Shown here piece after piece: positions 62,530-64,000 of a DNA stretch of 64,000 nt. The notes below the pieces were generated by a model that worked only from the letters and a program-made list of their open reading frames with translations, was not told the DNA's origin and did no database searches. The number at the start of each line of letters is the position of its first letter. Position 1 is the first letter of the stretch. Source of the stretch: Phaeosaccion multiseriatum (taxonomy: Eukaryota > Protista > Ochrophyta, other classes); contig OZ218963.1 of assembly GCA_965112735.1 (NCBI GenBank), positions 1,426,001 through 1,490,000 on the forward strand, in the 5' to 3' direction. The translations under genes were made by a program, and so were the position numbers.

Positions 62530-64000
62530 ATGGCGGTTCAAGGCATCATCATGAGGGACCCAACCCATTGTCCGGAGATACGGACGCCTCTATGTGCGGA
62601 AGTCGTCAGCGAGTTCTTACTGCAGTACGATCAGTCCGCGCTCAGGGATAGGGACAAGCCGCTGGATATCCCCAGCATGGTGCAGCTCATCGAACCAGCA
62701 CATCGTTTTGGAATAGCCATCGCCAATAAAGTGTCGGAGGCTCAGCTAACGTCCAAGATGGTACGGGATTACTTGGAGAGGTGGTTGAAGAAGAATCGCA
62801 GGGAGGACGTCAACGGCAACGCCACTCTTAATGAGATCATCAGGAGGACGGTAATCGAGTACGACCCAGACCCTCTTCAGTTCAAGCACAATCTCCAGTA
62901 TATGTGCCAGCAATACCTTCGCGCGATTCACGAGTCGGCAGCAAGGAAGGAGTACCTGAACTTGAACCCCACCGATACGAATTACCTTGGTCCGAACGGA
63001 AAGCACGCTGCCAAAGGGATGCAGCGAGGCTTGCTTACCATCATCAAGAATTATGACCCATGCATGGAGAAGATGCTGGTGGACGCGTTCAAAGATGGAC
63101 AGAAGGACTGGGGAGAGCATCACGGGGAGTGGATGGAGAAATTCGTCAAACACTTATGCCAGTGGGCCACCATGAGAGCGGCAGCACGGCGTATCGGCGG
63201 TAAGGCCGAACATTTCCTTCCCGGACTCAAGGGTGACCAAGGGGCATCTGGAGGCGGCGGGGGGGGGGGGGTGGGCAAGGCAAAGGTGCAGGCGGCAAGC
63301 GCAAGTGGCAGCAGGAGCAGCAGCCAAAGCGTACGGGTGCAGAGACCTCCTCGAAGGAGACAGCGGCGGGCAAAGAGACAGCCAGCAACCCATTGAAGAA
63401 GGCCCGTACTCCGAAGTGCTGGGCCTGCGACAAGCCGCATCGGATTGACGACTGCCCTACAACCACTGCCGAAGACAAGAAACGCATCAAGGCAGAGAAA
63501 CAGAAGGCATGGGAGCAGAGGAAGGCTGAGGCGAAGAAACCGGGGGTGACGTCCGTCTCATCTTCTTCGGCTGCGGCAGGTGTTTCTTTGCCAGGGCCAG
63601 TTGCTATGGACCTCACGGGAGACCGCATGAGCGTGGTTCTCGTGAATGACACGACTCCGGAGGTGCGGATGTCGGCGCAAGCCCTGTTTGACAGCGGATG
63701 CGATGTGGGTATGGTCATGGGTGGTGACCTGGCTCGCACGTGGGTCGGAAAGGGTGGTGGCGTACTAGAGGCCTGTGAGCCTTCGGAGTGCGTCACTGCT
63801 GCTGGACCTGTGACTGCCAACGAAGTGTTGTGCGGCAGTCACCTTGAGATAGAGCTGAGTCATGGAAGCGTGAGTACAGCGCAGCTGGACAAGGAGTTCA
63901 GATCCATATTGGTTCTTGAGAGCTTGGGCAGCAGACTGATTCTGGGCCGGCCTTTGCATAAGGCACTGGGCTTGGAGTCTTTGACTGAGCAATTGCACAG
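62530..64000 (+). mobile_element. Ty3/Gypsy-like retrotransposon gag-protease region, truncated by the window end
   Basis: Intronless ORF from 62530. After a frame change at the G-run 63259-63271 the reading continues to the window end with CWACDKPHRIDDC (CX2CX3HX4C), aspartic protease ALFDSG and LILGRP. RT and integrase are not visible, so the superfamily is inferred. Confidence 0.78.

Overview
Eukaryotic, GC-rich and intron-rich DNA with canonical GT-AG introns and many microsatellites. The gene set and style suggest a photosynthetic stramenopile related to brown algae; that is an inference, not a database result. I reconstructed 13 spliced genes by hand: a CaMKK/GRIK-like kinase (3' end beyond position 1), a ~2,300-aa mosaic secretory protein, mitochondrial GrpE, a p24/emp24 protein, a GUCD1-like protein, a UBXN11-like protein, dynein light chain roadblock, RPL10, an FHA-RING-zinc-knuckle ligase, a PX-BAR sorting nexin, a BTB-BACK protein, a putative glycosyltransferase and a large LRR/IQ/WW protein. 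Mobile DNA comprises three distinct inverted-repeat (MITE/foldback-like) families, an internally deleted Copia element and the 5' part of an oppositely oriented Ty3/Gypsy-like element. The most notable object is the 9794-18296 gene. It joins glycosyltransferase-like domains to Cys-rich modules and extensin-like (PTPPT)n rods, and R-x-L-Q motifs sit at module boundaries, consistent with a proteolytically processed cell-wall/matrix polyprotein. Exon models are manual and need RNA-seq confirmation.
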